Of a DNA stretch of 64,000 bases, positions 39,759-53,700 are shown piece after piece (the stretch's first letter is position 1; each line of letters begins with the position of its first letter). Position numbers and translations under genes: made by a program. Location: the NCBI GenBank assembly GCA_051294375.1, contig CM119266.1:15924018-15988017 (forward strand), written 5' to 3'. This DNA is from Paraspadella gotoi (taxonomy: Eukaryota; Animalia; Chaetognatha). Under the pieces are notes generated by a model. The model made no database searches. It saw nothing but the letters and a program-made list of their open reading frames with translations, and was not told where the DNA came from.

Positions 39759-40513
39759 CAAAGAAACAAAGAAAGAAAGAATGAATGAATGAATAAAACA
39801 ATAAAGAATAAAAAATATATATATATATGAAAAGAAAGAATGAATGAAATATACTTTATAATGATTCTTTCATTTATAACTTCGTTGACCTTTTTTAGAC
39901 TTTTTATTATGATTTTTTTTTCAATTTAATCATATTAACATATGCATATTATTGACATATTATTTTTTTTTAATTTTAATTTTTTTTTATTCTTTAATCC
40001 TTTATTATAATAAATGATGATGAGTTGCCTAATGCCTATATCATATTTTTTCCCTGCGTCGATGAACAGCGTGGAAACCGACGATGCCATCTCCAGAGGA
40101 TGTTTCTTCGCGTGTCAGAAGCCAACGAATTTATTTCCTTTCGAGCGACACGCCGTACGAGACGATCCTCGTCATTGTACGTTTGATAACTTTTTCTTGG
40201 AATTACGAAACGGATGTTCCGTAACCCTAAACATTTTTATTTTTTCGAAAAGAATTCGTACGTCCCTCAAATTGAAAAAAAAAAATTGTAATGACTGCAT
40301 CGGCATGACAAACGCTATCTTCGGATAAAACCTTTGCGTGGGTAAATTCCTTCCTTTCGACGGAAACTGCCAATCGCCGTTGCAGCTTCTCTCTTGTTTA
40401 TTTTCTCCTAGGAAACGAAAAGGGATGAAACGATTGAGACCACGCAAGGTCGCTGATTAAGAAACGTATTAAAAATGTTTTATTCTTATTCGTCAAAAAC
40501 TATACGTATAAAT

Positions 40514-43500
40514 ATGATTATCGAGTTACTTGCGTTGGTGCTGCTTATCTCTCCCACGCGGTAAGTATGGTCAAATTCGAATAACGACGATATCTATTTA
40601 ATTCGATTCTTATGAGCAAAAAAGCTATTTCGTGATTCTTTAGGTCCCAATTATGCCAGCGATCTGAATCCAGCAATTTTTACTTCATAACAATTCCGGA
40701 AAGCACAGCGGAACAGATCGCCAACGAGCGGCCTGGGGATGACATAGAGATCAATGGGAATCCCAATCCGGACATGGATCCTAACATCAAACTCAAACTT
40801 CAATCCATGAGTTTTTCAGCTTTTTCTCCATCTGAGTAAGGAACTCACTTACTCTTAATGACAAACCTAATCTGTTCTCAAAACTATAAAAATAATCTTT
40901 ACTTTTCAAGATATTGTTTTATAATGAAGAATAAGAATGAAAGTTGCAAAATTATATATAATAAACTATAATTATAAATTATATATAATATAATTATATA
41001 TGATAAGAATATTATATTACTATGCCTAAATTGTAAAAAAAAACATTATTTTATCATGCTAATTGGTGATATTATACTCAATTTGCTTTTTCTTGAGGAT
41101 AATATTTTATGTCTCACCTTAAAAACTTGTTTCCGCTTTTAAGGTTTTTCAGTCTGACGTACATAGGCGCCACAGCAAAAATCGTCCTTATTAAGTCCAT
41201 CGATCGCGAGGGAAATATTCAAAATAATCCAGCCGATGACATCACTGAAGCTTATCAGTTCGATTTATTGTGCGAATCAGTTGATGGAAAAACTTCCAAA
41301 AAATATGGTGTCTACGTTCAAATCACTGATAGAAATGACATTACCCCAGTTTTTCAGGTGTTAAGCAAGATTTTTTTTATATTTTTCACTTTGTACTAGT
41401 CTATGACATAAAAGGTTAAAATTATTTTTTTGTTATATTTCAGATGCCAAAATACGAAATAGAAGTTGACGAACTGATGGCAGTCGGTTCAATTATTTTC
41501 AGTGGAATCCAAGCGGAAGACTATGATTTGGATGAGAATGGAGATATAGACTACTCGATAAAAAGCTTTAGCGATCCGCCAAGGGATGGCAGCAAATATT
41601 TTGAACTTGTGACTCCGAAAAAAGGAGACATCAAAGTAAAAAACAAATTAGATTATGAAAGTATTTTAAGTCCAGAAAAAAGGTAACTATTTCGAATTTT
41701 ATTTCTTTGTAAAATCAAACTTAAATTTCTTCATATGTTTTTTTTTATTTCATTTTAGCTATTTGTTGGTTATAGAGGCCTCTGATAACGCCAACAATGC
41801 GTCCGAACGATTGACTGCAACCACCACCGTGACAGTGACGGTGACAGATGCCGACGACCTGGGACCCAATTTCGTTGCAACAACAACTCGTTTGGAATGC
41901 GGAACTGTATCGAGCGGAGTCTGCGTCGATCCCATTTATTACGCCGACATCTTTCGCGACCAAAAACCGAATCCAGCAGAGGCGATCGCAGTCCTCAAGG
42001 CGGAGGATCGTGACACTGGCCTGGGAAGAAAGGCCGATCCTAATTACAAGATATTGGGCGCAGAACCGACGCAATGTAAATCATTTTTCCTTATGGATGA
42101 AAATAACGGCGAAATAAAGCAAGATAGATCTATTGGACGAGACGACATAAATAATTCCGATGAATGTATTTTGTACATAGAAGCTAACGGACGAGATGAT
42201 CATGAAATATTGGCGTTTGCAAAGATTGTAATTTCTGTATTACCGCAAGATCGAAATCTTCCTGAATTTCAAAATGAACCTTATGTTGGGCAAATTTGGG
42301 AAAATCCTACCCAACAATATGTTACGAAAAAGGACTCGGAAGAGTTACTAAAAATATGGGCCATTGACCCTGACGATGATTTATTTGATGAAAAAACTCA
42401 AATAATATACACACTCAGACCCAACATTTATTTCATGCTTACTAGTGAAGGATATTTAAAAGTATCTTCTCCGAAAGCGGCAAATCTTTTAGACTACGAG
42501 GCCATAAACACAAAAATTTTATTAACGATTGATGCAAATCAAAAAAATAAAGTGGCAAAACAAACAGCACAAATTGAAATCACATTACTTCCTGTGAATG
42601 AGTTCAGTCCAGTATTTGATACTACCTTATATAAAAAGAATCTTGCAGAAAGCCGAGACACTGGTTTTAGTTCAATTGGCGCAGTTGAAGCCAAAGATAT
42701 GGATAGAAATAGTCACCCACATGGAATTGTTAATTATGAAATCACATCAGTTACAAACAATGGAATGTCTAAGTTTGAAATAGATTCTAAATCTGGTGAT
42801 CTCAGTTTTAAATATCCAGCTGATAGAGGAGAAAGTTATGCCGTAGTAGTTGCAGCAAGAAATGCTGACGGAAAAAGTGATTACTGTACAGTTGAAGTAA
42901 ACTTTTTTCCTGGCTTTAATATTGGTCCTGCTTTCGAAGCCTCTGTCACGGAAATTACTCTTTCGGAATCTACCAAGCGTGGTACAAAAATATTTCAATT
43001 AAAAGCCAATGACCCTGATTCAGCAGACAATATTGAGTATGAAATTGTTACTGGAAATGATAATGGAATATTTGTAATCGATTCCTTTGATAAAAAAGAA
43101 AGATTTTTAACTCTTGTAAAAAACTTGGATTTTGAAACTGATCGCCAACATGATTTGCTGATTAAAGCCTCCGATGGAGTACTAGAGGATGAGTTCAAAC
43201 TGATTGTCTTTGTTACAGACACTAATGATAATGCTCCTGTTTTTTCTAAAAATAATTACGAATTTACAATAGCAGAAGATGCACCAATCACCCGTCAAGT
43301 TGGCCGAACAGCTGCGACTGATATAGATTCTAATAATAATGGAGTAATAATTTATGAAATAGACAAAACAAACGTTCCATTTCGAATATCCCAAACGGGC
43401 CATATCTATATAACAAGACAACTTGACTATGAAAACGAGAAAATTTATGATTTTATTGTAAGGGCAAATGATGGTGGTGAAAATAGTTACCTAAGTACAG

Positions 43501-46500
43501 CTTCTGTGACCGTTTTTGTTAAAGATATTTCAGATACACTCCCTCAATTTGTTAACAATTACTACAGTGGTGATATTTCAGAAAATCTTCGTAAAGGAGC
43601 TGAAACCATTGCGGTTGTTTCAGCTGTAGATCCTGACACAGTTCCCGAAATAACCTATAAAATATTAGCTGGAGCCGCTTCATCATTTGAAATTGACCGC
43701 ACCTCGGGTAAAATCACCGCAGTACGTTCATTTGATTACGAAAAAGACCCAACAATAAACTTTTTGTTAGTGGGGATTGAAGAAAATCCATCTGCAACAG
43801 CCACCGTCGAAATTAATATTTTAGACACAAACGACTTGCCTCCTGTTTTCCAAAAAGATTCCTATTCCGGATCTTGCCGTGAATACGATCCACCAGGGAA
43901 ACTTTTGACAACCGTGAAAGCTGTGGATCTGGACTCGATTACGGACGAGATCACCTACGAATTTTCCAATTTGAATCCGGATCCGGGACTTGAATTATTT
44001 TTTATTCAATCTACCACGGGAAAGATAAGAATTCGAAAAAATCTTAATGGTCAAGGGGGAAAGGCTTTCACGTTGACCGTGGTGGCAAATGACAATGGAG
44101 ATCCTCCCTTGAATGGAACTGTAGACGTTTTAATAAAAGTTGATGCCGTTCCAGAAGGGCCTGTATTTTTAAAGAATCCTCCGGAATATTCCGTAGACGT
44201 TCCACAAGAACTTTTAGTTCCCAGAGTGGTAACTTCGGTAAAAGCCGAGGATAATTTTGCAATAGGAATCGTTAACTACAAACTCGATGGCACTCCAGAG
44301 GCATTACCGTTTTTTGTCATTAGTCGCACAACCGGTGATGTTTCTTTAGTAAAATCAGTTAAGGCTGAAGAAACCACATCTTATGTTTTGTATGTTCGAT
44401 CTTACGATTCCGGCGCGACCGGCAGAGCATCAATAGCCATTCTCACTGTTAATATCATAAGAAATAGAAATAGACCAGTTTTCCCCCAAGCTGGGGCGGA
44501 ACTGCAAAAGTCTATTTCTGAAGCAACTCCCATTGGTTCCATCATTTTCCATTTACCAGCGACTGATCTCGACACTGGAGACTCTGGAGTATTAAGATAC
44601 AAATTAACTGGAAATAAAGATTCACTCGAATATTTTTATGCCAATCAAGAATCTGCTGAAATAATTCTGAAGTCTTCCCTCACAAGAGATAAATCCGTTT
44701 TCTTCCAAATAATTCTCACAGCCACTGACATGGGTAAACCTCAATTATCAGCGAGTGTTACATGCACTTTAATAGTGAAAAGAAACGAAAATTCTCCTCG
44801 CTTTGTCCCGTTTGACCGTCCACCAGTCAACATTAAGGAAGATATAGATAAAGACGCTTTCGTGGCAGTGATGTACGCTACTGATGATGATAATGATAAT
44901 GTAATATATTCCTTATCTGGAGATGGAAACGCTTTGGAATATTTTAAAATAGATAATGTTACTGGACGTATAGAGGTTAAAAAGGATTTGCTTCTTGACA
45001 CTTCGCGATTATACCGATTGCGCGTGAGAGCGTCAGATGATGGTGATATTCCCAAAAGCACAGAAACTGTATTGACAGTTGACGTTAATAGAAATCCTAA
45101 TCCTCCAACAATCACTAAGGCTTTTTATACAGCAAATCTAGATGAACACGATGCTTTAAAAACCGAAGTCGCCACTGTTTCAGCCAATGACCCAGACAGA
45201 GGAAAAAGTGGAGAAATCTATTATGGAATCATTAAAGAAGGGACAAGTCATCAGTATTTTTTCATTCATCCGGACACGGGATTGATAATTCTAGCAAAAT
45301 CTTTGGCCTCTGACCCTGCAAAATTGTCAGAATATAGATTCGACGTTTTGGCTTCTGACCGCGGAAATCCCGCCAAAACCGCGATTGCAAAGGTTATCGT
45401 CAATGTAAACAGAAACGAATTCTCTCCCATATTTGAGAAAACACGGTATTCAATATCGGTTAAGGAAACCGTCGGATATTTCACTCCATTAGTGACAGTA
45501 AGCGCCACTGACAATGATGCTGTTGGACCTAATAAAGTTGTCAACTATTATCTACAAGGCGCAGTGCCAGAGTCTGGATTAGAGCTATTTCAAATAGACC
45601 CTCGAAACGGCCTGATATTCATCAAAAAACCTTTGACATCGACTGGAGATTTTCGATTCATTCTGAGCGTTTTGGCAAAAGACACGGGAATCCCTTCTCG
45701 ATCCTCCACGACTGAAGTCGAGATTAAGGTCGAAAGATCCCCCGACAAATCGCCTTCCTTTGCAAAGCCCTACACGGACCTCGATGTATCGGAAAAAATA
45801 TCGATCGGTTCTGTAATTTTACGACTCGACGTTCTTAACAGACCCGTGACGCCGGGCAAACAGGTTCGGTGCGTGTTCATCTCGGGAAACGACGCCGGTC
45901 ACTTTTGGCTCGAGAGGCGAGACGACGACGCCTGTGAGCTCATACTTATATCAGCTCTGGACAGAGAAATGGAGGAAGAGTTTGAGTTGGAAATCGGTGT
46001 CTCTGAAGAAGGGATTGTCTCCGGTCGAACGGGAGAATCGAGACGGAGAAGAGCCGTCGATGAATTTTCCAAGACTGTGGTGAGGATCACTCTTCAAGAC
46101 TTCAACGACTTTGAGCCCACCTTCGTGCTTGAGTCTCCTTCGTCGCCTACGCTACTCCGAAACCGCTTCTTCGCCGCCGTCGATCGCTACGCGGCGCCCT
46201 TCACTCACGTGATCACAATGGAAGCGCGGGACGACGACGCCGGATCCAACGGTCGCCTCGTCTTTGGTTGGTCTACATCAACGCCGGCGGCCGACGCGAT
46301 GTTCTTTCGCATTGATAAAGACTCAGGAAAGATCGAGACAAAGAAAGAGTTTGTAGGCTTTGAGGGGGACCAGTTCAAGCTGATGCTCGAGGTCAACGAC
46401 AATCCATCCCCACCGATTGAGTTAAATGGGGCGCCCAAGATCGGCCGCGCCGAGTTGATCGTCAACCTGATTGACGATGAGCGGAGGCTGGTGATTCCGA

Positions 46501-47714
46501 TTCATGGAAAAACGCCGGAGCAAGTGTGGGCGAGCAGAGACGATCTCGTCCGCGAGTTGGAGGCGGAGTTGGGGAAGCTGGTGGGCATAGAGTCTATTAG
46601 GACACGGCGCTATCTGGACGCAGAGGAGCAACGGGTCATTGACTCGGCGTCAAGCGATGTCGTCTTTTACGTCGTCAACCCCGACACTGAGTCGATCGAA
46701 GACGCGAGCGACGTCCAGACCGTCATCGACGACGACAAAGTCAGAGAGATTCTGACGCCGCTCGTCGGGGAGCAGCCGGAGACGGAGAAGATTCTACGGC
46801 GCCCTCTGCCCGTGGTGGAGAGGGAGATATTTTTAAGAAATTACGAAAGGGCGGACACCATAACTTGGCCGATCATGGTAAGAGTTGATGATTAAACTAC
46901 GATTGATTGATTGATTAATTAATTGATTAATTTTGTATTTAATGATGCATTGATTGATGATACTCGTTGATTTGTTTTAATTTTTTTATCCTACAAGCAT
47001 TCTTTCGAGAAAAAAAAGTTATTTTTTGATTTTAGTATAAATTTTTGCTTCATATAATTCAGGTTGGGTTAGCTTCGGCGATTGCTTTTATTTCCTTCAT
47101 TGGAATCATCTTTGCCTGTCGAAATTATAATGGATACAAAAAATTTAAGGATCAAACTATGCAAAGATACATGCAGGCGGCAAACTTTCTTCCGCCTTTC
47201 TACAAAGAACAAGGTAAAATAAGATATTTGAAATACCTCGGTTTTGTTTTGAGTTATTTATTTTTTTATTCTGTTAACTTGTAAAATTTCTTAATCACAC
47301 GATCTCAATAAATAACAAATTGTAATGAAGAGAGAGATCGAGAGTAAAATACAAGAATTATTTGCCGATAAGTATATCCGTTGGCCAAGTAGACGCAAAA
47401 GTTTTTAGGTTAAGATAAATCATTCATCCTAATGTAATGATGTCTTCAATTGCACAATCTTTCAAGCCTTCCGTCTTCGTCTGACCGAAGCGGGCGACCT
47501 CGACAACCTCGACAACTACGAGCTCGAGCCGTCGCGTCCGAGATCTGCCCTGACCGGGGCGGCTGCGTCGACGATTCCGCGGCCGCAGCCTCCCGAGAAT
47601 CCCGTCTACCGCGAAGTTCGTCGCCTCAACGATCGACGACAACGGAATCCCATCTTCCTTGACGACTTTGAACCTTACTCGCAGTCGACGAGGAGAATCA
47701 CCGAACGATATTGA
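40514..47714 (+). CDS. PCDH15: Protocadherin-15 / Cad99C-type cadherin, 2069 aa, seven exons, 16 EC repeats plus membrane-adjacent domain, TM and cytoplasmic tail
   Basis: Exons 40514-40560, 40644-40835, 41144-41357, 41444-41682, 41759-46877, 47063-47213 and 47467-47714 are GT-AG and total 6210 nt in frame. Family hallmarks: Cys at the start of EC1 (SQLCQ...DLLCES), ERLTATTTVTVTVTDADDLGPNF followed by a Cys pair in EC3, and the membrane-adjacent domain IVNLIDDERRLV...GIESI...SDVVFYVVNPDT. TM is WPIMVGLASAIAFISFIGIIFAC. Orthology is from motif recognition, not a search. Confidence 0.88.
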
Positions 47715-48286
47715 GGGAGTGGGGATCGGGGTTCGGGGATCCGGGTTGGGGATCCGGGTTTGGGATCGGGTGTGTACGTGGGATTCGGGGGATGTATCGC
47801 CTGTATTCGAGTCAGGCCAGTATCAGGGAATCATCCTGTCGCTAAAATATCAAATATCTCATTACGATTATTACAATCGTATTATTACAATTATTACAAT
47901 CGTCTTTGGAAATTTGATATTCATCCTACCCTGTGATACATGAGCAATTGAGCATTCGTATTTTTATCACTGTAATTCTTACTGATGCTGTACTATAAGA
48001 TATTGTAATTTTTTTATCGTTTTTTGGCTTGGTTATAACCATATACTAAAACGCTATACTCGATAACACGGAGAATTCAAGTAATTTACTTTGTATTCAT
48101 TAAAAAAAATTTGTATGAATCGATGAAAGGCTATAAAGCTATGAACAAAACTTAAAAATAACCAATTCCTTTTCCCCTCATCCCCAACATTTTACGAATC
48201 CCGATCGCCCCGCGAATTGCCTACGGGAAGAAAAAGATGCATCTTCAGTCCGAAAGGTGAAAAAGAAATGATAAGAATTTTTCGGT

Positions 48287-48346
<60 letters not shown>

Positions 48347-48981
48347 GAAACCTGAGATGAGATAGCGCGTTATTATCGGAGACTGCCGTCTTTACCGGAT
48401 TCGTTGTAGAAATCAGTTAAATCGTAGCGAGGGGTTTGTTTAAGGCGTCTTGGTAAAAAAAATATAAATTATTTAAAAAATATATGAAATGAATGTATTT
48501 GAGATTCATGGATATAATTGAGAAATACTTCGTGATTGTTAATTCTCAGAAAACGATCAATTTCATAGCGAAAAACGAAAAGCAAAAAGATAAGATTTAA
48601 TGAGAAATTTCGTTTAAAAAAAAATAATTTTGCTTCCGCGTCAGACGCTTGAACGAAAGCAGGTGGAAAGGAAAAGTACGGAAAGATCTTCGAAAATGAT
48701 AAAATCCACTTTTACAAGTTCAGAGAGAAATTCCTTCGAAAAGTAATTTAAAGTCCCAGATCGGTAGATGTTTTGTATAGATTTTTCTCCGAAAGGTTGT
48801 GTGTTTCCTCCCTAACTAGGTCTTTTATGAAAATTTCAAGTAAATTTACTTAAATTTACTGCGCTTAAGTCTTAATTAGTGAATCATCGCTATTTAAACA
48901 AAAAAAAAAATCCCAGGAAAAAATGAGTCATCGCTGAATTCCGCAGCATCCCCCGCTTCCCTTCGAGGTCCGCCGTTTATT

Positions 48982-49298
48982 NNNNNNNNNNNNNNNNNNN
49001 NNNNNNNNNNNNNNNNNNNNNNNNNNNNNNNNNNNNNNNNNNNNNNNNNNNNNNNNNNNNNNNNNNNNNNNNNNNNNNNNNNNNNNNNNNNNNNNNNNNN
49101 NNNNNNNNNNNNNNNNNNNNNNNNNNNNNNNNNNNNNNNNNNNNNNNNNNNNNNNNNNNNNNNNNNNNNNNNNNNNNNNNNNNNNNNNNNNNNNNNNNNN
49201 NNNNNNNNNNNNNNNNNNNNNNNNNNNNNNNNNNNNNNNNNNNNNNNNNNNNNNNNNNNNNNNNNNNNNNNNNNNNNNNNNNNNNNNNNNNNNNNNNN
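48982..49298. other. Assembly gap, 317 N
   Basis: Run of n. In the duplicate copy the flanks are bridged by 57221-57321. Confidence 0.99.
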
Positions 49299-49882
49299 TT
49301 TCTTTTACCCTTTGTTTCTTAGTTCAGTAATTCGATCCGCGGTACTCGTAAACAACTATAGTATCGGATATTCTAAAGGATGATTTTCAACAATCTCAAA
49401 AAAAAATTTAGTAAAAAATATTTGCGATTGTGTTCGTTCGCAACTTCTCTCAAATAGTGGTCTAAAAATGTCGACGTGTACATATTTGACGGTTATTTAT
49501 TTATTCGTTCACTTACTTAATACTTATTCGCTCACTCACTCGCGTATTCACGCAATCACGAATTCAGGAATTCACTGATTGACGTCACGAGCCAAAAACT
49601 TTTCCCTCCTTTTCCGTGTAAAGCGACTCTTTTCCGGTTCGACCTCCACGCCTCCAAAGAATCCCTCATTTCTTTCTTCTATACTTTCTAAACTCTATGT
49701 GTAGCGAGTAGAAGTTTTAGTAATGTTTGATTAAGAACTAGTTAGTTTATTTATATATATAGTTTCTAAAAAGTTTTTAAATATTATTTTTAAAAAACAA
49801 CGCGAATAAAAAACTTTATCCCCGCATTTGGAATATCAACCCGAGCCCGCTTGTTACGGTATCTCTCTCTCTCTTCTATCTC

Positions 49883-49918
<36 letters not shown>

Positions 49919-50103
49919 TCCTCCACCCTTAATTTCTGCTCCGATGCTTCACTCCTGAATGAACATCGAACAAAACTCATTGTTCTCCTTGCCTCTCTGT
50001 CTCTTCGTCACCCACCCTGTCAGTCCCGCTTTCTTTCTTTCTTTTTTTCCCTACTTTCTTGCTAGCTTGCTTGCTTGTTTGCTTTCTTATATCTTTCCTT
50101 TTT

Positions 50104-50183
<80 letters not shown>

Positions 50184-50461
50184 TTCTTTCTTTTCTTTCT
50201 TCATTTTTTTCATTTTGTTCACTCCCGATTTTTCAAAGGTGGATTAAACTTTTACTTTGGCTGCTTTTGTTTTCACTCTCAACTTGCAGAGAACGTCTTT
50301 AACTAATTTTAAATTATTTCGGTATTCTCATATTCTCACACGAACGTCAATGAAATTAAGAGATAGAAGAGGGTAAAAATGGCTCTGCCACCTTCACTTC
50401 ATTTCGCCTTTCGGTCTTCACTTCTCTCCGCGGGATAATTCATGTATGAGAGAGAGAGAGA

Positions 50462-50527
<66 letters not shown>

Positions 50528-50688
50528 GCAGGGAAGAAGAGAGAGAGAGATGAGAATTTGAGATTCATTTCAATTTTCATCGCAAGCCAGAAAAGTATGT
50601 AACTGCGCCACGCAGCCATTCTCGTGGTTTCCATCGGGAAACCAAGAGCGAACTCCATCGAAACGGCCCGCCTTCTTCCTTCCCCCTT

Positions 50689-50700
50689 AAAGAGAGAGAT
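50689..50700 (+). other. Probable PacBio SMRTbell adapter remnant AAAGAGAGAGAT
   Basis: These 12 nt match the end of the SMRTbell hairpin adapter (...GGAAAAGAGAGAGAT). They sit exactly at the duplication junction and are absent from both parental flanks (42430-42440 and 58721-58735). Confidence 0.6.
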
Positions 50701-53700
50701 TAACTAGTGAAGATATTTAAAAGTATCTTCTCCGAAGCGGCAAATCTTTTAGACACGAGGCATAAACACAAATTTTATTAAACGATTGATGCAAATCAAA
50801 AAAATAAAGGTGGCAAACCAAACAGCACAAATTGAAATCACAATTACTTCTGTGAATGAGTCAGTCAGTATTTGATACTACTTATCATAAAAAGAACTGC
50901 AGAAGCGAGACATGTTAGTTAATGGCGCAGTTGAGCCAAAGATATGGATAGAAAGTCACCACATGGAATTGTTAATTATGAATCACATCAGTATCAAACA
51001 ATGAATGTCTAAGTTTGAAATAGATTCTAAATCTGTGATCTCAGTTTTAAATAGTCAGCTGATAGAGGGAGGCAAAGTATATGCCGTAGTAATTGCAGCA
51101 AAAATGCTGGACGAAAAAGTGGATTAGCTGTACAGTTAAGGTAAACTTTTTTTCCTGGCTTTAATTATTGGTCCTGCTTCGAAAGCCTCTGTACGGAAAT
51201 ACTCTTGTGGAATCTACAAGGGTGGTACAAAAAATTTTCAATTAAAAGCCAATGACCTGATTCAGCAAGACATATTGAGTATGAGAATATGTTACTTGGA
51301 AATGATAAATGGTATTTGTAATCGGATTCCTTTCGATAAAAAAGAAAGATTTTTAACTCTTGTAAAAAATTGGATTTGAACTGACGCCAACCATGATATT
51401 GCTGATTAAAGCCTCCGATGGGATGACTAGAGGATGAGTTTCAAACTGATTGTCTTGATAGCAGGACACTAATGAAATGCCCTCGTTTTTTCTAAAAATA
51501 GATTACGAATTTACATAGCAGAAGAATGACCAATCCACGTCAGTTGGCCGAACAGCTGCGAACTGATATAGATTCTAAATGAATAATGGAAGTAATAATT
51601 TATGAAGTGACAAACAACGTTCCATTTCGAAATCCCACGGGCCATATATATAACAGAACAACTTGACTAATAACGAGAAAATTTATGATTTTATGTAAGG
51701 GCAAATGATGGTGGGAAAATAGTTACCTAAGTACAGGCTTCTTGTGACCGTTTGTTTAAAGATTTTCAGATACAGCTCCTCATTTGTTAACAATTACTAA
51801 GTGGGATATTTCAGAAATCTTCGTAAAGGACTGAAACATGGCGGTTGTTTCAGCTGTAGATCTGAACAGTTCCGAAAATAACCATATAATATTAGTGGAG
51901 CGCTTCAAACTATTGTAAAATTGACAGCACCTCGGGTAAAATATCCGCAGTACGTTCATTTGATTTAAAAAGAACCAACATAAACTTTTTTGTTCATGGG
52001 GAGAAGAAATCATCTCGCAACAGCACGTCCGAAATTAATATTTTAGACACAACACTTGCCTCCTGTTTTCCAAAAAAGATTCTATTTCCGGATTTGCGTG
52101 AATACGATACCAGGGAAACTTTTGAACACCGTAAAGCTGGTGGATCTGACTCGATTAGGACGAGATCACCTACGAATTTTCCAATTTGAATCCGGATGGC
52201 GGGACTTGAATTATTTTTATTCAACTCACCACGGGAAAGAATAAGAATCGAGAAAAATCTTAATGGTCAAGGGAAAGGCTTTTACTGTTGAACCGTGGTG
52301 GATGACAATGGAAGATCCTCCTTGAATGGAACTGTAAGACGTTTTAATAAAAGTTGATGCGTTCAGAAGGGCCTGTATTTTAAAGAATCCTCCGGAATTT
52401 CCGTAGACGTTCCACAAGAACTTTTTAGGTTCCCCCAGATGGTAACTTGGTAAAAGCCGAAGGATAATTTTGCAATAGAATCGTTAACTACAAACTCGAT
52501 GGCACCAGAGGCATTACCGTTTTGTATTAGTCGCACAACCGGCTGATGTTCTTTAGTAATATCAGTTAAGGTGAAGAAACCACATCTTATGTTTTGTATG
52601 TTCGATCTTACGATCCGGCGCGACCGGTCGAGCATCAATAGCTATTCTCAATGTAATTCATAGTAAATAGAATAGACCAGATTTTCCCCCAATGGCTGGG
52701 CGGACGACTGGCAAAGTCTATTTCTGAAGCAATCTCATTGGTTTCATCATTTTCCATTAACCAAGCGAACTGATCTCGACACTGGACTCTGGCGTATTAA
52801 GATACAAATTAACTGGAAAAAGATCACTCGAATTTTATGCAATCAGACTGCTGAAATAACTGAAAGTCTTCCTCACAAGAGATAAATCCGTTTTCTTCCA
52901 AATATTCTCACACAGCACTGACATGGGTAAACTCAATTATAAACGCGAGTTGTAACATGCACTTTAATAGTGAAATAGAAACGAAAATCTCCCTCGCTGT
53001 TGTCGCCGTTTGAACACGTCCACCAGTCAACATTAAGGAAGATATTAGATAAAGACGCTTTGTTCGGCATGATGTACGCCTACTGATTGAATATGATAAG
53101 ATAATGTAATATATCCTTTATCTGAGAATGGAAAGCTTTGGAATACTTTTAAAAATAAGATAATGTACTGGACGTATAGAGGGTTAAAAGGATTTGCTTC
53201 TTGACACTCTCGCGATTATAGTCCGATTGCGCGTGGAGCGTCAGATGATCGTGATAGTTCCCAAAAGCACAGAAACATGTATTGACGCTTGACGTTAAAT
53301 AGAAATCTAATCCTAACAATCATAAGGCTTTTTAATAAGCAGCAAATCTAGATGAACGATGCTTTAAAAAACCGAAGTCGCCACTGTTTCAGCATGACCG
53401 CAGACAGAGGAAAAAGTGAAGAAATCTATTAATGGAATTCATCTAAAGAAGGGATCAGGTCATCAGTATTTTTTCATTATCGCGGACACGGGTTTGATGA
53501 TTCTGATCAAATCTTTGGCCCTCTGACCTGGCAAAATTGTCAGAATATAGATTCGATCGTTTTGGCTTCTGACTGCGCGGAAATCCGACAAAACCGGATG
53601 CAAAAGGTTATCGCATGTAAACAGAACGATTCTCTCCAATTATTGAGAAACACGGTAATTCAAATGGTTAAGAAACCGTCGGAATAATTTTCACTCCATA

